Part shown: piece after piece, positions 1 through 8,700 of the stretch
Layout of the letters: every line of letters begins with the position of its first letter
How positions within the stretch are numbered: position 1 is the stretch's first letter
Notes under the pieces: model-generated
Databases searched by the model: none
What the model was told of the DNA's origin: nothing
The model's input: the letters and a program-made list of their open reading frames with translations, nothing else
Translations under genes and position numbers: made by a program
Assembly: GCA_017409265.1 (NCBI GenBank)
Contig: JAFQSY010000089.1
Coordinates: forward strand, 5,128-69,127
DNA length: 64,000 nucleotides
Source of the DNA: Clostridia bacterium
Lineage (GTDB): Bacteria > Bacillota > Clostridia > Oscillospirales > Acutalibacteraceae
Direction: 5' to 3'

Positions 1-374
1 TAGTTATAAATCAGTTCCGAACATACACACTCTCTTGCCCTTGCTTCGATATTATTCATATGTGCAACCCATTTCATTTGGTTGTCTGCTTTGAGTTGTT
101 CTGTGATACCTTCATTGACCTTCATCTGTTCTACCAGCTGAGAGAACATATTTGATGCCTGTTCGTCAATCTCTGCAAGATGAGTCCACAATGTGCCATT
201 CATAAGCATAATGTTAAACTGCACTCGTTTGTGTTGCATAAGATAATCTTTGCGTTTCAGTCCCCATACACCGAGTGGCTTTCTTGCTTCGGCAGGTAAC
301 GTGATATTGGGTATTTTGTAGTCACCAACCATTCTATAACTTCCGCCGTTCTGTTCAAATGATGATTTATTCAT
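1..374 (-). CDS. tnpV: TnpV family transposon-encoded protein (stop codon cut by window edge)
   Basis: Manual translation from ATG at 374 (SD AAAGGAG upstream): MNKSSFEQNGGSYRMVGDYKIPNITLP...PLGVWGLKRKDYL...EGITEQLKADNQMKWVAHMNNIEARARE...ELIYN, the typical TnpV pattern. Not in the ORF track because it is truncated. Confidence 0.85.
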   Translation of the reverse strand, partial: MNKSSFEQNGGSYRMVGDYKIPNITLPAEARKPLGVWGLKRKDYLMQHKRVQFNIMLMNGTLWTHLAEIDEQASNMFSQLVEQMKVNEGITEQLKADNQMKWVAHMNNIEARARECVCSELIYN

Positions 375-389
375 AATAATATTCTCCTT

Positions 390-659
390 TCAATCAGTAA
401 CAAATGTGTCGTATGTAAATTTAGCACCGAGTCTGAAGCCGGCTATAAAACTGTCTGCATTGCTTACACAAAGGAACTCATTGGATTGACTTGCATACTT
501 TAAGAACAAATCTTTTTCTTCCTCGGTTAGTTTTGATGTCAGTTGTTCTTCGGTTTGCGTAAGTATACTCAGCTTTCTTTTAAGTTCGGTTTTGTGCTCT
601 GAGCAACCCTCTTGTGGCTCAATGTTTCCATAGTAAAAATTCTCAATAAATTTTGACAT
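390..659 (-). CDS. DUF6809 family protein
   Basis: 89 aa with FYYGNIEP...FIAGFRLGAK signature; GGAGG SD; often found on mobile elements next to TnpV. Confidence 0.75.
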   Translation of the reverse strand: MSKFIENFYYGNIEPQEGCSEHKTELKRKLSILTQTEEQLTSKLTEEEKDLFLKYASQSNEFLCVSNADSFIAGFRLGAKFTYDTFVTD

Positions 660-790
660 TGTATAATCCTCCGTTTGAATAATTGATATTCAAACTCTTT
701 TAAATATTACGGAAGGATGAGAATATGTTTGTTACTGCCGAAAGTTATTGTTTTTTAGTAAATCCCTTATGAACATCCGTACCATACAAG

Positions 791-830
791 AATCGTTGAA
801 AATCTTAGGTTTTCAGCGATTTTTCTTTTT
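791..830 (+). terminator. Hairpin plus T-tract just after a tRNA-3'-like CATCCGTACCA motif
   Basis: AATCGTTGAAAA...TTTTCAGCGATT imperfect stem followed by TTTTCTTTTT. Confidence 0.45.
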
Positions 831-849
831 GTGTCGAAACGGATTTACG

Positions 850-873
850 AAAAAAGCACACAAAAAAGCACAC
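850..873 (+). repeat. 12-bp tandem direct repeat AAAAAAGCACAC x2 (possible integrase arm-type site)
   Basis: Repeat seen directly; lies about 50 bp upstream of an integrase-like start. Confidence 0.55.
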
Positions 874-924
874 AAAATCGTTCAAAACCTTTCCGAAAGT
901 GTTTTCACACGGAAAGGATTTTTT

Positions 925-996
925 ATGGCAACAGTAATTGAAAACAAGAAGAACGGCAAAACAGTTCCATTCAAAATTCGTGAATACCTTCTTTGA
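925..996 (+). pseudogene. Probable N-terminal stub of a tyrosine integrase
   Basis: SD GGAAAGGA then MATVIENKKNGKTVPFKIREYLL*, resembling the arm-binding N-terminus of clostridial integrases; ends at an 8-bp inverted repeat (982-1003). Confidence 0.45.
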
Positions 997-1055
997 GGTA
1001 TTCATGCCGCTTTTCAACTCACAGCAATGCTTATGCCTGTTTTATAACTATGCAC

Positions 1056-1084
1056 TTGATAGCTGCGACTGCATATGATATAAT
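1056..1084 (+). promoter_or_regulatory. sigma-A promoter for GH98-like gene
   Basis: TTGATA-17 bp-TATAAT with TG extended -10. Confidence 0.6.
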
Positions 1085-1119
1085 CTTGTTGAAATATTAA
1101 TAAGCAAGGAGCAAAGATA

Positions 1120-3066
1120 ATGAAGAGAATAATTTGCTTGTTTCTGATTTTCTCAATGATATTTGCTGTTCCGTTTCACGCTTCGGCACAGAAAGAAGCT
1201 TTAACGGATGAATTTGTTGTTCTTCCCGAAAAAATAACGCAGACAACTGAAATCAGAACACGCAAAAAAGTTGACGGGCTTCGCATGTATGTTGACGAAG
1301 AAAACCCGCTGTTTATGATTAGAAACTGTCCGATTTGGGGCGGACCTCAAACGGGTGAGGCGTTTGCAGACTACGCAATCAAAACATACCGTGCACTTCC
1401 CGAGGATATCAGAAACTTTGCCGTTATCTATATTGACGAAGGCACAACAGATATGACCCCTGCTCGTCAGCTTGAATTCTGGGATGAGCTTCTGACGGTA
1501 ACTGATGCAGCAAATGTTCCGATTGTCTGTCAGTCCGAATGCTTCTGCACCAACAAAACCCGTGACCCGTTCACCCAGGAGGAGCTTTCCGCGGTATTCA
1601 AAGAGCATCCCTCTCTCATCGGCTTTGTTCAGGTTGAGCTTTCAACAAACGGTGTTACAAATGAAAAGCTGGCTTACGAAGAAGTAACCAATGACAACGG
1701 TGTTAATAAAAATATCCTCGCAAGACTGAAATCCTGCATCAAGGCCTGCGCCGAAAACGGCGGTCTTTTTATCTGGCAGGATATGGAATATATTTACTAC
1801 AAAAAAGCCAATTACATCAACCAAATTCTCAAAGACAGAGAGCTTTATGACCTTCTTAAAAGCAACACGGAAAACATTATTATAATGGATAAACACAACG
1901 GCCACGGCAGACATTTTGCAAGCCAGTCAAACATTCTTGGTTGCTGGCTTGACGGTGTTTGCGGCAACTGGGGTGTAAATCTCGAAAACTTTCTTTGGTA
2001 TGAGGAAGGATTCATTGAATATGACGATATAGGCGTTGCTCCCAACGAACCTGACCCGATTACTACCGCAAAATATCCCCCTGCCCTTTTCGGTATTGAT
2101 ATGATAGCCGATATGGTTGGAGGCGCAACAGTTTATGCAATTGAGGGCACATTCAGCCGAGGCGGACTTTATCATTTTGTTGACAGCGAAGTTATTTTGA
2201 CGCCAACATTCTACGACGTACTATACCCGATTTATCAGATGATTTTAAACGGTGCCGTGCCCGACAAGGAAGATGTTAAGGAAAACATCAAGGTCGCTTA
2301 CAAAATGACAACACCACACACCTATGCCCTCAGCGGTAACGATGCACATCTTCTTCAGGGGCTTTATTGCGATTCGTTTACTTTTATTGAAGAAAAGATA
2401 GATATAACACCTTATTTTGACTGCACAAAAACATGGGTGCCATCAACCGGAAGATATTACCTCATACCCATTCTGCCGATTTATTCAAATCCCGAAGAGG
2501 TTTTGCCTGAAAGCAAGATTCTTAATGATTTCACCTATTTTTTCAATCTTCTTTTTATCAATCCCATAAAAAACATGTTCTTCAACAAATATTATGCAGA
2601 AACCTATACGGGCGACGGAGTGCTGTTTGATATAAACGATTATATTTATATTTTCAATAGCAACGAAAACAAAACAATTGACAGTGAACAGAGTGTCAGT
2701 TACTCTCTTCCAAAAAGTAAAAAAGAAATCAACACAACCTTCGTTGCACACACCTATGCAATCATAAATGAAACAAGCGAAAAAATTGACATTGATCTGT
2801 GCAATCTCCGCCTTGATACCGATGCCGTATGCAACGGACTTGAAAGCGAAGACCAGTTTATGCGTTCCTATACTGCAGGCGGAAAGATGAATAATCCGAA
2901 AGATTTCAGAACATCCGTTATTGAGCTTTCCGGATTCGAAACACAGCCGACTGTTACTGCAGCTGGCTCAAACGGCGCAAAGCTAAAAACAGAATGGTCT
3001 GCAGAAACCCATACTCTGACTTTAACCGTTATTTCAAACGGAGAAGTAAGGATATCAATCAAATAA
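1120..3066 (+). CDS. Secreted GH98-like glycoside hydrolase (endo-beta-galactosidase/xylanase family)
   Basis: Signal peptide (..FHASA); GNWGVNLENFLWYE, GGATVYAIE, PSTGRYYLIP and NSNEN segments resemble GH98 catalytic and C-terminal domains. Confidence 0.65.
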   Translation: MKRIICLFLIFSMIFAVPFHASAQKEALTDEFVVLPEKITQTTEIRTRKKVDGLRMYVDEENPLFMIRNCPIWGGPQTGEAFADYAIKTYRALPEDIRNFAVIYIDEGTTDMTPARQLEFWDELLTVTDAANVPIVCQSECFCTNKTRDPFTQEELSAVFKEHPSLIGFVQVELSTNGVTNEKLAYEEVTNDNGVNKNILARLKSCIKACAENGGLFIWQDMEYIYYKKANYINQILKDRELYDLLKSNTENIIIMDKHNGHGRHFASQSNILGCWLDGVCGNWGVNLENFLWYEEGFIEYDDIGVAPNEPDPITTAKYPPALFGIDMIADMVGGATVYAIEGTFSRGGLYHFVDSEVILTPTFYDVLYPIYQMILNGAVPDKEDVKENIKVAYKMTTPHTYALSGNDAHLLQGLYCDSFTFIEEKIDITPYFDCTKTWVPSTGRYYLIPILPIYSNPEEVLPESKILNDFTYFFNLLFINPIKNMFFNKYYAETYTGDGVLFDINDYIYIFNSNENKTIDSEQSVSYSLPKSKKEINTTFVAHTYAIINETSEKIDIDLCNLRLDTDAVCNGLESEDQFMRSYTAGGKMNNPKDFRTSVIELSGFETQPTVTAAGSNGAKLKTEWSAETHTLTLTVISNGEVRISIK

Positions 3067-3084
3067 TAACCGGGAGATAATTCA

Positions 3085-4722
3085 ATGCAAGCTATCATAA
3101 AATTTTTGTTTACACTCTTCACAACAATTTCAATCCTTTGTTCAAACCTGCTTTCCCCTGCACTTGTTTATCCAGAAAGCGAAAACTTTAATTTTTCATA
3201 TCTGCAATATCCTGATGAGGCAATTATAACTCTCGAAGAAGCAGGACTTACCGAACAGGAGCTTGTGGGCCGTGCTTCTGCAGAGCTTCCCGAATATGTT
3301 CAATCGGGCGGATATGACGACATCAACGGCATCACGGTTTCGCCTTATTATACGGCAAAAATCGGTGATACAGAAATTCCCGTTTATGCTTCGGTGGTTT
3401 TTATCCGTGCCGATGATACGGGAACGCTTCACTCTTTTTCCGAGATCTATGTTGATACAAGCACGGAGTTTTCATTCAACATCGAACTGACAGGTGCCAA
3501 TGTTACACTTAAAAACGCCATTGTTCTGCCCGAATCCCACGGTGTAAACGCCCGTTGCGAAAACAATACGGTAACCGCATCAATCAATAAAACGGGTATT
3601 TACACCTTCCTTTTCAACGGTGCAAATCAGTATTACGGCTACACTCTTTTGGTTCGTGAAAAAACCGATGAGGATGCTGAAATTGCAGAATATATTGAAG
3701 AATACGGCGAAAAAAACGTGATTGTTCTTGATAAGGGTGTTTATAAATATGACTACGTCAATTTTGTTGCGCAGAATAACCAGGTAATTTACCTGAAAGA
3801 GGGCGCTTATGTCATTGCAAATCATCTTTACGATATCAACTGTGCCGAAGATGAAAACAAATACTTTGAAGAAACAGCCTGGTATCATAATTCGATCGGA
3901 CTTACAAGATATCCTTTTCTGAATTTCTTTAATTGCAATAATATAACTCTTACAGGCAGAGGAGTAATTGATCTTACTCATCTTGACAGACGAGAGAGAC
4001 GAGGCGTTGTTTTTACAAACTGCAATAACATTAATGTAAGCGGTATCAAAATCATTAACTCACCCGAATGGTCTTTTATATCCTACTGCTGTACCGATGT
4101 CAGTATTGATAATGTCGATATCATCGGTAACCGCGGAAACTGTGACGGTTTTGCAATATGCAACAGCCACAATGTGACTGTAAACAACAGCTTTGCCCGA
4201 GTAGCGGATGACACCTTTGAAGTAAAAGCACTCGGCGGCACAATGGACAGCAAAAACATCACTTTCTCAAACTGCATTGCCTGGGGCGGTTATGCAAGAT
4301 GCTTCGGCATAACAGGTGAAGTTAACAAAAGGATTTCCGATGTTACGTTCCGTGATTCTGCCGTAATTTACCGTGACGGTATCTGGGACAATGACAGAAT
4401 AGGTTCACTTGTTGTTGTGGCAGAACAAACTGAAGGCAGTATAGACGGTGTTCTTTTTGAAAACATTGAAATATTTCGCGATGAAGGCAGGCCGATTCTT
4501 GTAAAAATTTACGATGAAGAAGCGCAGAATTTTGAGATTAAGAACGTTGTTTTCAGAAATATTTCCTATACCTCATACATGCCGCCAAAAATAGCGGGTA
4601 CAGACAGCAACACAAATACCGTGCAGGTAAAGCTTGACAATATTACGGTATGCGGAAAACAACAACCCATTCCGCAAGCAATATTTAACATCGGCAAATA
4701 TTGTGAAATAATCACTTCTTAA
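3085..4722 (+). CDS. Exported right-handed beta-helix glycoside hydrolase (GH28/GH49-like)
   Basis: Hydrophobic N-terminus; ITLTGRGVID, NSPEW, NCDGF, DD motifs and repeated NITF/DVTF beta-helix rungs. Confidence 0.7.
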   Translation: MQAIIKFLFTLFTTISILCSNLLSPALVYPESENFNFSYLQYPDEAIITLEEAGLTEQELVGRASAELPEYVQSGGYDDINGITVSPYYTAKIGDTEIPVYASVVFIRADDTGTLHSFSEIYVDTSTEFSFNIELTGANVTLKNAIVLPESHGVNARCENNTVTASINKTGIYTFLFNGANQYYGYTLLVREKTDEDAEIAEYIEEYGEKNVIVLDKGVYKYDYVNFVAQNNQVIYLKEGAYVIANHLYDINCAEDENKYFEETAWYHNSIGLTRYPFLNFFNCNNITLTGRGVIDLTHLDRRERRGVVFTNCNNINVSGIKIINSPEWSFISYCCTDVSIDNVDIIGNRGNCDGFAICNSHNVTVNNSFARVADDTFEVKALGGTMDSKNITFSNCIAWGGYARCFGITGEVNKRISDVTFRDSAVIYRDGIWDNDRIGSLVVVAEQTEGSIDGVLFENIEIFRDEGRPILVKIYDEEAQNFEIKNVVFRNISYTSYMPPKIAGTDSNTNTVQVKLDNITVCGKQQPIPQAIFNIGKYCEIITS

Positions 4723-4772
4723 GCTAAGAAACTTTTTACGAAGCGAAGGTTAAAAGATATCAAATAAAAAAA

Positions 4773-4807
4773 TTGGCTTGAATGGGTAATTCACCTGTCC
4801 AAGCCAA
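4773..4807. terminator. Terminator hairpin between convergent genes
   Basis: TTGGCTTG...CAAGCCAA stem with A/T flanks. Confidence 0.55.
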
Positions 4808-4820
4808 ATTTAATTATAAA

Positions 4821-5230
4821 TCACAGTCTTTTTTCATCCTCTTTGCGTTGTTTGTTCGAGCGAATTGCGTGGGATATTCCGAAGCCGAGAGAGCCGCCGA
4901 CAATTTCGTCGATGAGCATAAACAACCACCAGAGAGGATTTTTCTTTTCTTCCTCTTCTTCGGCTTCAGTCTTGATAACTTTTTCTTCGATAACGGTTGA
5001 AGCATCGACTGTTTCGGTATAGGTTTCGCCAAAGTCATCCTCATAATTTATTGTAATTGTACCTTCAACCTTACCGAGAATTTCATTACTGACACGAAGA
5101 TTTACACTTCCCGTTTTACTTTTACCTTGCGGGATTTCGCCGACAAGCACCGTGCCGCCGCTGTCAAGTCTTTTGACATCAACGTCAATCATTGCATTAT
5201 GAATTGTGCTTTTCCCGTATTCATAAGATT
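4821..5230 (-). pseudogene. C-terminal fragment of a COG1361/CARDB-like membrane-anchored surface protein
   Basis: YGKSTIHNA..., GEIPQGKSKTG, GTITINYED, then TM helix and basic tail; the N-terminus is replaced by IS3 sequence and the TM segment contains acidic DE residues. Confidence 0.55.
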
Positions 5231-5470
5231 TATGATAATGCAATGACAAAAAATTTTTCAATTCTCAAAACTAAATGTATTTACAGAACAAAGTTAAATC
5301 TTATGAGGATGCCCGAATCCTCATAAGCGAATACATACACTTTTACAACAACGAGCGAATCCAATTAAAAAACAAAACTGACTCCGCTTGAAAAACGAAG
5401 TCAGTATAAGCTTAATTGAACATTTCTGCCACAGGGGGGCTTTACTGTCCGCACAATTCGGGACAGTTCA
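5231..5470 (+). mobile_element. IS3-family remnant (frameshifted transposase C-terminus plus right end)
   Basis: Translates with frameshifts as YDNAM.KNF.SILKT.CIYRTK..SYEDARILISEYIHFYNNERIQLK.KLTPLEKRSQ; ends TGTCCGCACAATTCGGGACAGTTCA, a typical IS3 right end. Confidence 0.8.
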
Positions 5471-5511
5471 CAAGTTACCACTCTCTATTTTATTGTTTAT
5501 TGATATAAAAA

Positions 5512-5555
5512 AGATACCCAAACTAAACCGTTTTCATAGATTAGTTCGGATATCT
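5512..5555 (-). terminator. Hairpin downstream of tRNA-Lys
   Basis: AGATACCCAAACTAA / TTAGTTCGGATATCT imperfect stem with T-tract on the minus strand. Confidence 0.5.
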
Positions 5556-5561
5556 GGTGTT

Positions 5562-5637
5562 TGGTGATCCATCGGAGATTCGAACTCCGGACACCTTGAT
5601 TAAAAGTCAAGTGCTCTACCGACTGAGCTAATGGATC
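5562..5637 (-). tRNA. tRNA-Lys (anticodon TTT)
   Basis: Reverse complement GATCCATTAGCTCAGTCGGTAGAGCACTTGACTTTTAATCAAGGTGTCCGGAGTTCGAATCTCCGATGGATCACCA: 76 nt cloverleaf with encoded CCA. Confidence 0.97.
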
Positions 5638-5675
5638 ATATTCGGTTTTCTGCGCTGTTTTTTTGACGCTTCAAT

Positions 5676-5704
5676 ATAATATATTATTTATTCGTTCTTG
5701 TCAA
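5676..5704 (-). promoter_or_regulatory. sigma-A promoter of tRNA-Lys
   Basis: TTGACA-17 bp-TATTAT on the minus strand. Confidence 0.6.
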
Positions 5705-5758
5705 GCCTTTTTGTGAAAATTTTTTACATTTTATTCAACCCATTTTGGATGAAACCGC

Positions 5759-5787
5759 TTGAATTGTCACTACATATAGTATATAAT
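5759..5787 (+). promoter_or_regulatory. sigma-A promoter of iolDE
   Basis: TTGAAT-17 bp-TATAAT; the -35 overlaps a LacI/cre-like TGAAACCGCTTGAA. Confidence 0.5.
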
Positions 5788-5887
5788 TAATAAATAATGA
5801 ATTGTTATGTCATCATAGTGATATTATTCACCGCATTAATGACTAATAACCTCATATATGGCGATAAATCGGATAAGGAGATAAATT

Positions 5888-7741
5888 ATGAAGCTTACAA
5901 TGGCACAGGCTCTTGTCAAATTCCTTGATAATCAGTATATCAGCTTTGACGGAGTTGAAACAAAATTTGTTGACGGCATTTTCGGCATCTTCGGCCATGG
6001 ATGCGTTGTGGGTATCGGTCAGGCTCTTGAGCAAGGCGGACATAATCTTAAATTTTACCAAGGTCACAATGAACAGGGCATGGCACATGCAGCAATTGCT
6101 TTTGCAAAACAGAAAAACCGCCGTCAGATTATAGCATGCACATCATCAATCGGTCCCGGCGCACTTAATATGGTTACCGCAGCAGGAACGGCGACCGCAA
6201 ACCGCATTCCCCTGCTCCTTCTTCCCGGTGACACTTTCGCATGCCGCCAGCCTGACCCCGTTCTCCAGCAGATTGAGCAGCCCACGAATTATACTGTAAC
6301 TGCCAACGATGCATTCAAGGCTGTTTGCAGATACTGGGACAGAATTTCAAGACCGGAGCAGCTTATGACCGCATGCATCAATGCAATGCGTGTTCTTACA
6401 GACCCCGCAGAAACGGGTGCTGTCTGTCTTGCAATGCCGCAGGATGTTGAGGGCGAAGCTTTTGATTATCCTGATTACTTTCTCAAAAAGAGAGTTTGGT
6501 ATCTTGACAGACGTTCACCGACTCATCGTGAAATTGAAGCTGCTGTTAAAGCAATTATGCGCAGTGAAAAGCCTATGCTCATAGTCGGTGGCGGTGTTAC
6601 ATATTCCGAAGCATGGGAAACCGCACAGTTCTTTGCTGAAAAATTCAATATTCCCATTGGCGAAACGCAAGCAGGCAAGGGCAACATCCGCTGGGATTTA
6701 CCACTTAACATGGGCGGTATCGGCGTAACGGGCGGTCCCGCTGCAAACACAATTGCAAAGCAGGCAGACCTTATTATTGCTGTCGGCACACGTCTTACTG
6801 ACTTTACAACCGCATCAAAATGGGGGTTCCAGAATCCCGATGTTAAGATGCTTTCAATCAATGTTTGTCCCTTTGACGCATTCAAAATGGATGCAACATC
6901 GGTTATTGCCGACGCAAAAACTGCAATGCTTGATATAATGGGTGCTCTTTCAGTCAGAGAATATTACTCAACATGGGGCGATGAACTCGCACAGATAAAA
7001 GAAGAATATAACGCAGAAGTTGACCGTATGTACAGCATGTATCTCAAAGAGGGACTTTCACAGACAAGAGCCCTCGGCGAAATAAACAAGCTTATCGATA
7101 AGAACGCAATTGCAATCGGCTCATCGGGAAGCCTTCCCGGCTGTATGCAAAGACTCTGGCGTTCATCTGTTTCTAAAACATATCATATGGAATATGGCTT
7201 TTCATGCATGGGATATGAAATCTGCGGTGCACTCGGCGTTAAGCTTGCAGAGCCTGACAGAGAAGTTTACACAATGGTCGGTGACGGCAGTTTCCTTATG
7301 CTCCACAGCGAGCTTTACACAGCAGTTATGGAAGGCGCAAAGATAAACGTTATGCTCTTTGATAACTCCGGCTGGGGCTGCATTGAAAATCTTCAGAACA
7401 ATCAGGGTACAGACACCTTCGGCACACAATTCCTTGCAAGAAATCCGCTCACCGGTATGCTTGACGGCCCGATTGTTCCGATTGATTTCGCAAAAATTGC
7501 AGAAGGTTACGGCTGCAAGGCTTATACTGTAACAAGTGTCGCTGAACTTCGCGATGCAATCAAGGATTCAAAATCGCAGACTGCCCCCTGCCTGTTTGAC
7601 ATTAAGGTTGTTCACGGCAGTATGAGTGACGGATATGACGCATGGTGGAGAGTCGGCGTTGCCGAAGTTTCAACAAGTGAAGCTGTTCAGGCTGCATATG
7701 AAGAAATGCAGGAAAACATTGAAAAGGCAAGGCTTTATTAA
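5888..7741 (+). CDS. iolD: 3D-(3,5/4)-trihydroxycyclohexane-1,2-dione acylhydrolase
   Basis: [40 protein letters not shown]-binding GDGS...N. Confidence 0.95.
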   Translation: MKLTMAQALVKFLDNQYISFDGVETKFVDGIFGIFGHGCVVGIGQALEQGGHNLKFYQGHNEQGMAHAAIAFAKQKNRRQIIACTSSIGPGALNMVTAAGTATANRIPLLLLPGDTFACRQPDPVLQQIEQPTNYTVTANDAFKAVCRYWDRISRPEQLMTACINAMRVLTDPAETGAVCLAMPQDVEGEAFDYPDYFLKKRVWYLDRRSPTHREIEAAVKAIMRSEKPMLIVGGGVTYSEAWETAQFFAEKFNIPIGETQAGKGNIRWDLPLNMGGIGVTGGPAANTIAKQADLIIAVGTRLTDFTTASKWGFQNPDVKMLSINVCPFDAFKMDATSVIADAKTAMLDIMGALSVREYYSTWGDELAQIKEEYNAEVDRMYSMYLKEGLSQTRALGEINKLIDKNAIAIGSSGSLPGCMQRLWRSSVSKTYHMEYGFSCMGYEICGALGVKLAEPDREVYTMVGDGSFLMLHSELYTAVMEGAKINVMLFDNSGWGCIENLQNNQGTDTFGTQFLARNPLTGMLDGPIVPIDFAKIAEGYGCKAYTVTSVAELRDAIKDSKSQTAPCLFDIKVVHGSMSDGYDAWWRVGVAEVSTSEAVQAAYEEMQENIEKARLY

Positions 7742-7761
7742 TATTATCGGAGGAAAAACAA

Positions 7762-8655
7762 ATGCTTAACAAAGAAAAAGTTAATCTTGCGATAGCTCCT
7801 ATCGCATGGACAAATGACGATCTTCCCGACCTCGGCGCTGAAAACACATTTGAGCAGTGCGTGAGCGAAATGGCTCTCAGCGGTTACAAGGGCAGCGAAA
7901 TCGGCAACAAATATCCAAAAGACGTTGAAACCCTTAAGCATAAGCTTGACGTAAGAGGTTTAAGAATCTGCAACGCATGGTTTTCATCGCTTCTTCTTTC
8001 AGAAGGTTATGAAGCAACAATTGAAGCCTTCATCAAGCACAGAGATTTTCTTCATGCTCTCGGTGCAAAGGTTATCGGAGCATCGGAACAAGGTAACTCC
8101 ATTCAAGGCAAGGCTTTGAGCATCTTCGGTGATAAGCCCGTTTACACAGACGAACAGTGGGCGCTCATTGCAAAAGGCTTCAACGAAATGGGCAGACTTG
8201 CAAAAGAAAAAGGCATGTATTTCACAGTTCATCATCACATGGGTACCGGTGTTCAGACCGAAGAAGAAATCGACAAGCTTATGGAAATCACAGACCCTGA
8301 CCTTGTTTACCTTCTTTATGATACAGGTCATCTTTCATTCTCTGGCGAAGATGCAATCGGAGTTCTTAAAAAATACGTTAACAGAGTTAAGCATGTTCAC
8401 CTCAAGAGCATCAGACAGAATGTTATTAACGAGGGTAAAGAAAAGGGCTGGAGCTTCCTTGACTGCGTAAGAGCAGGCTCATTTACTGTTCCGGGCGACG
8501 GCGATTTTGACTTCACTCCGGTTTTCGATATTCTTGATGAAGCAGGCTATGAAGGCTGGGTAGTTGTTGAAGCAGAGCAGGATCCCGCAATAGCAAACCC
8601 CTATGAATATGCTTGCATGGCAAGAAAATATATCAACGAAAAAACAGGTCTTTAA
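7762..8655 (+). CDS. iolE: myo-inosose-2 dehydratase
   Basis: [38 protein letters not shown]. Confidence 0.95.
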   Translation: MLNKEKVNLAIAPIAWTNDDLPDLGAENTFEQCVSEMALSGYKGSEIGNKYPKDVETLKHKLDVRGLRICNAWFSSLLLSEGYEATIEAFIKHRDFLHALGAKVIGASEQGNSIQGKALSIFGDKPVYTDEQWALIAKGFNEMGRLAKEKGMYFTVHHHMGTGVQTEEEIDKLMEITDPDLVYLLYDTGHLSFSGEDAIGVLKKYVNRVKHVHLKSIRQNVINEGKEKGWSFLDCVRAGSFTVPGDGDFDFTPVFDILDEAGYEGWVVVEAEQDPAIANPYEYACMARKYINEKTGL

Positions 8656-8663
8656 TATAAGAA

Positions 8664-8695
8664 ATGCCCTGTAAGGCTCAAACCTTACAGGGCAT
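8664..8695. terminator. Bidirectional terminator
   Basis: Perfect 13-bp stem ATGCCCTGTAAGG/CCTTACAGGGCAT followed by T-tract. Confidence 0.8.
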
Positions 8696-8700
8696 GTTTT

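Noticed and set aside
774-784. attR duplicate of the local tRNA-Lys
   Set aside because: Sequence and strand do not match the tRNA-Lys 3' end (GGATCACCA, minus strand)
850-877. Possible CRISPR or iteron array
   Set aside because: Only two abutting 12-bp copies with no spacers; no cas or rep genes and no array seen elsewhere in the window
748-996. 82-aa ORF from the track
   Set aside because: Runs through a hairpin and repeats; only the last 23 codons follow an SD and look coding
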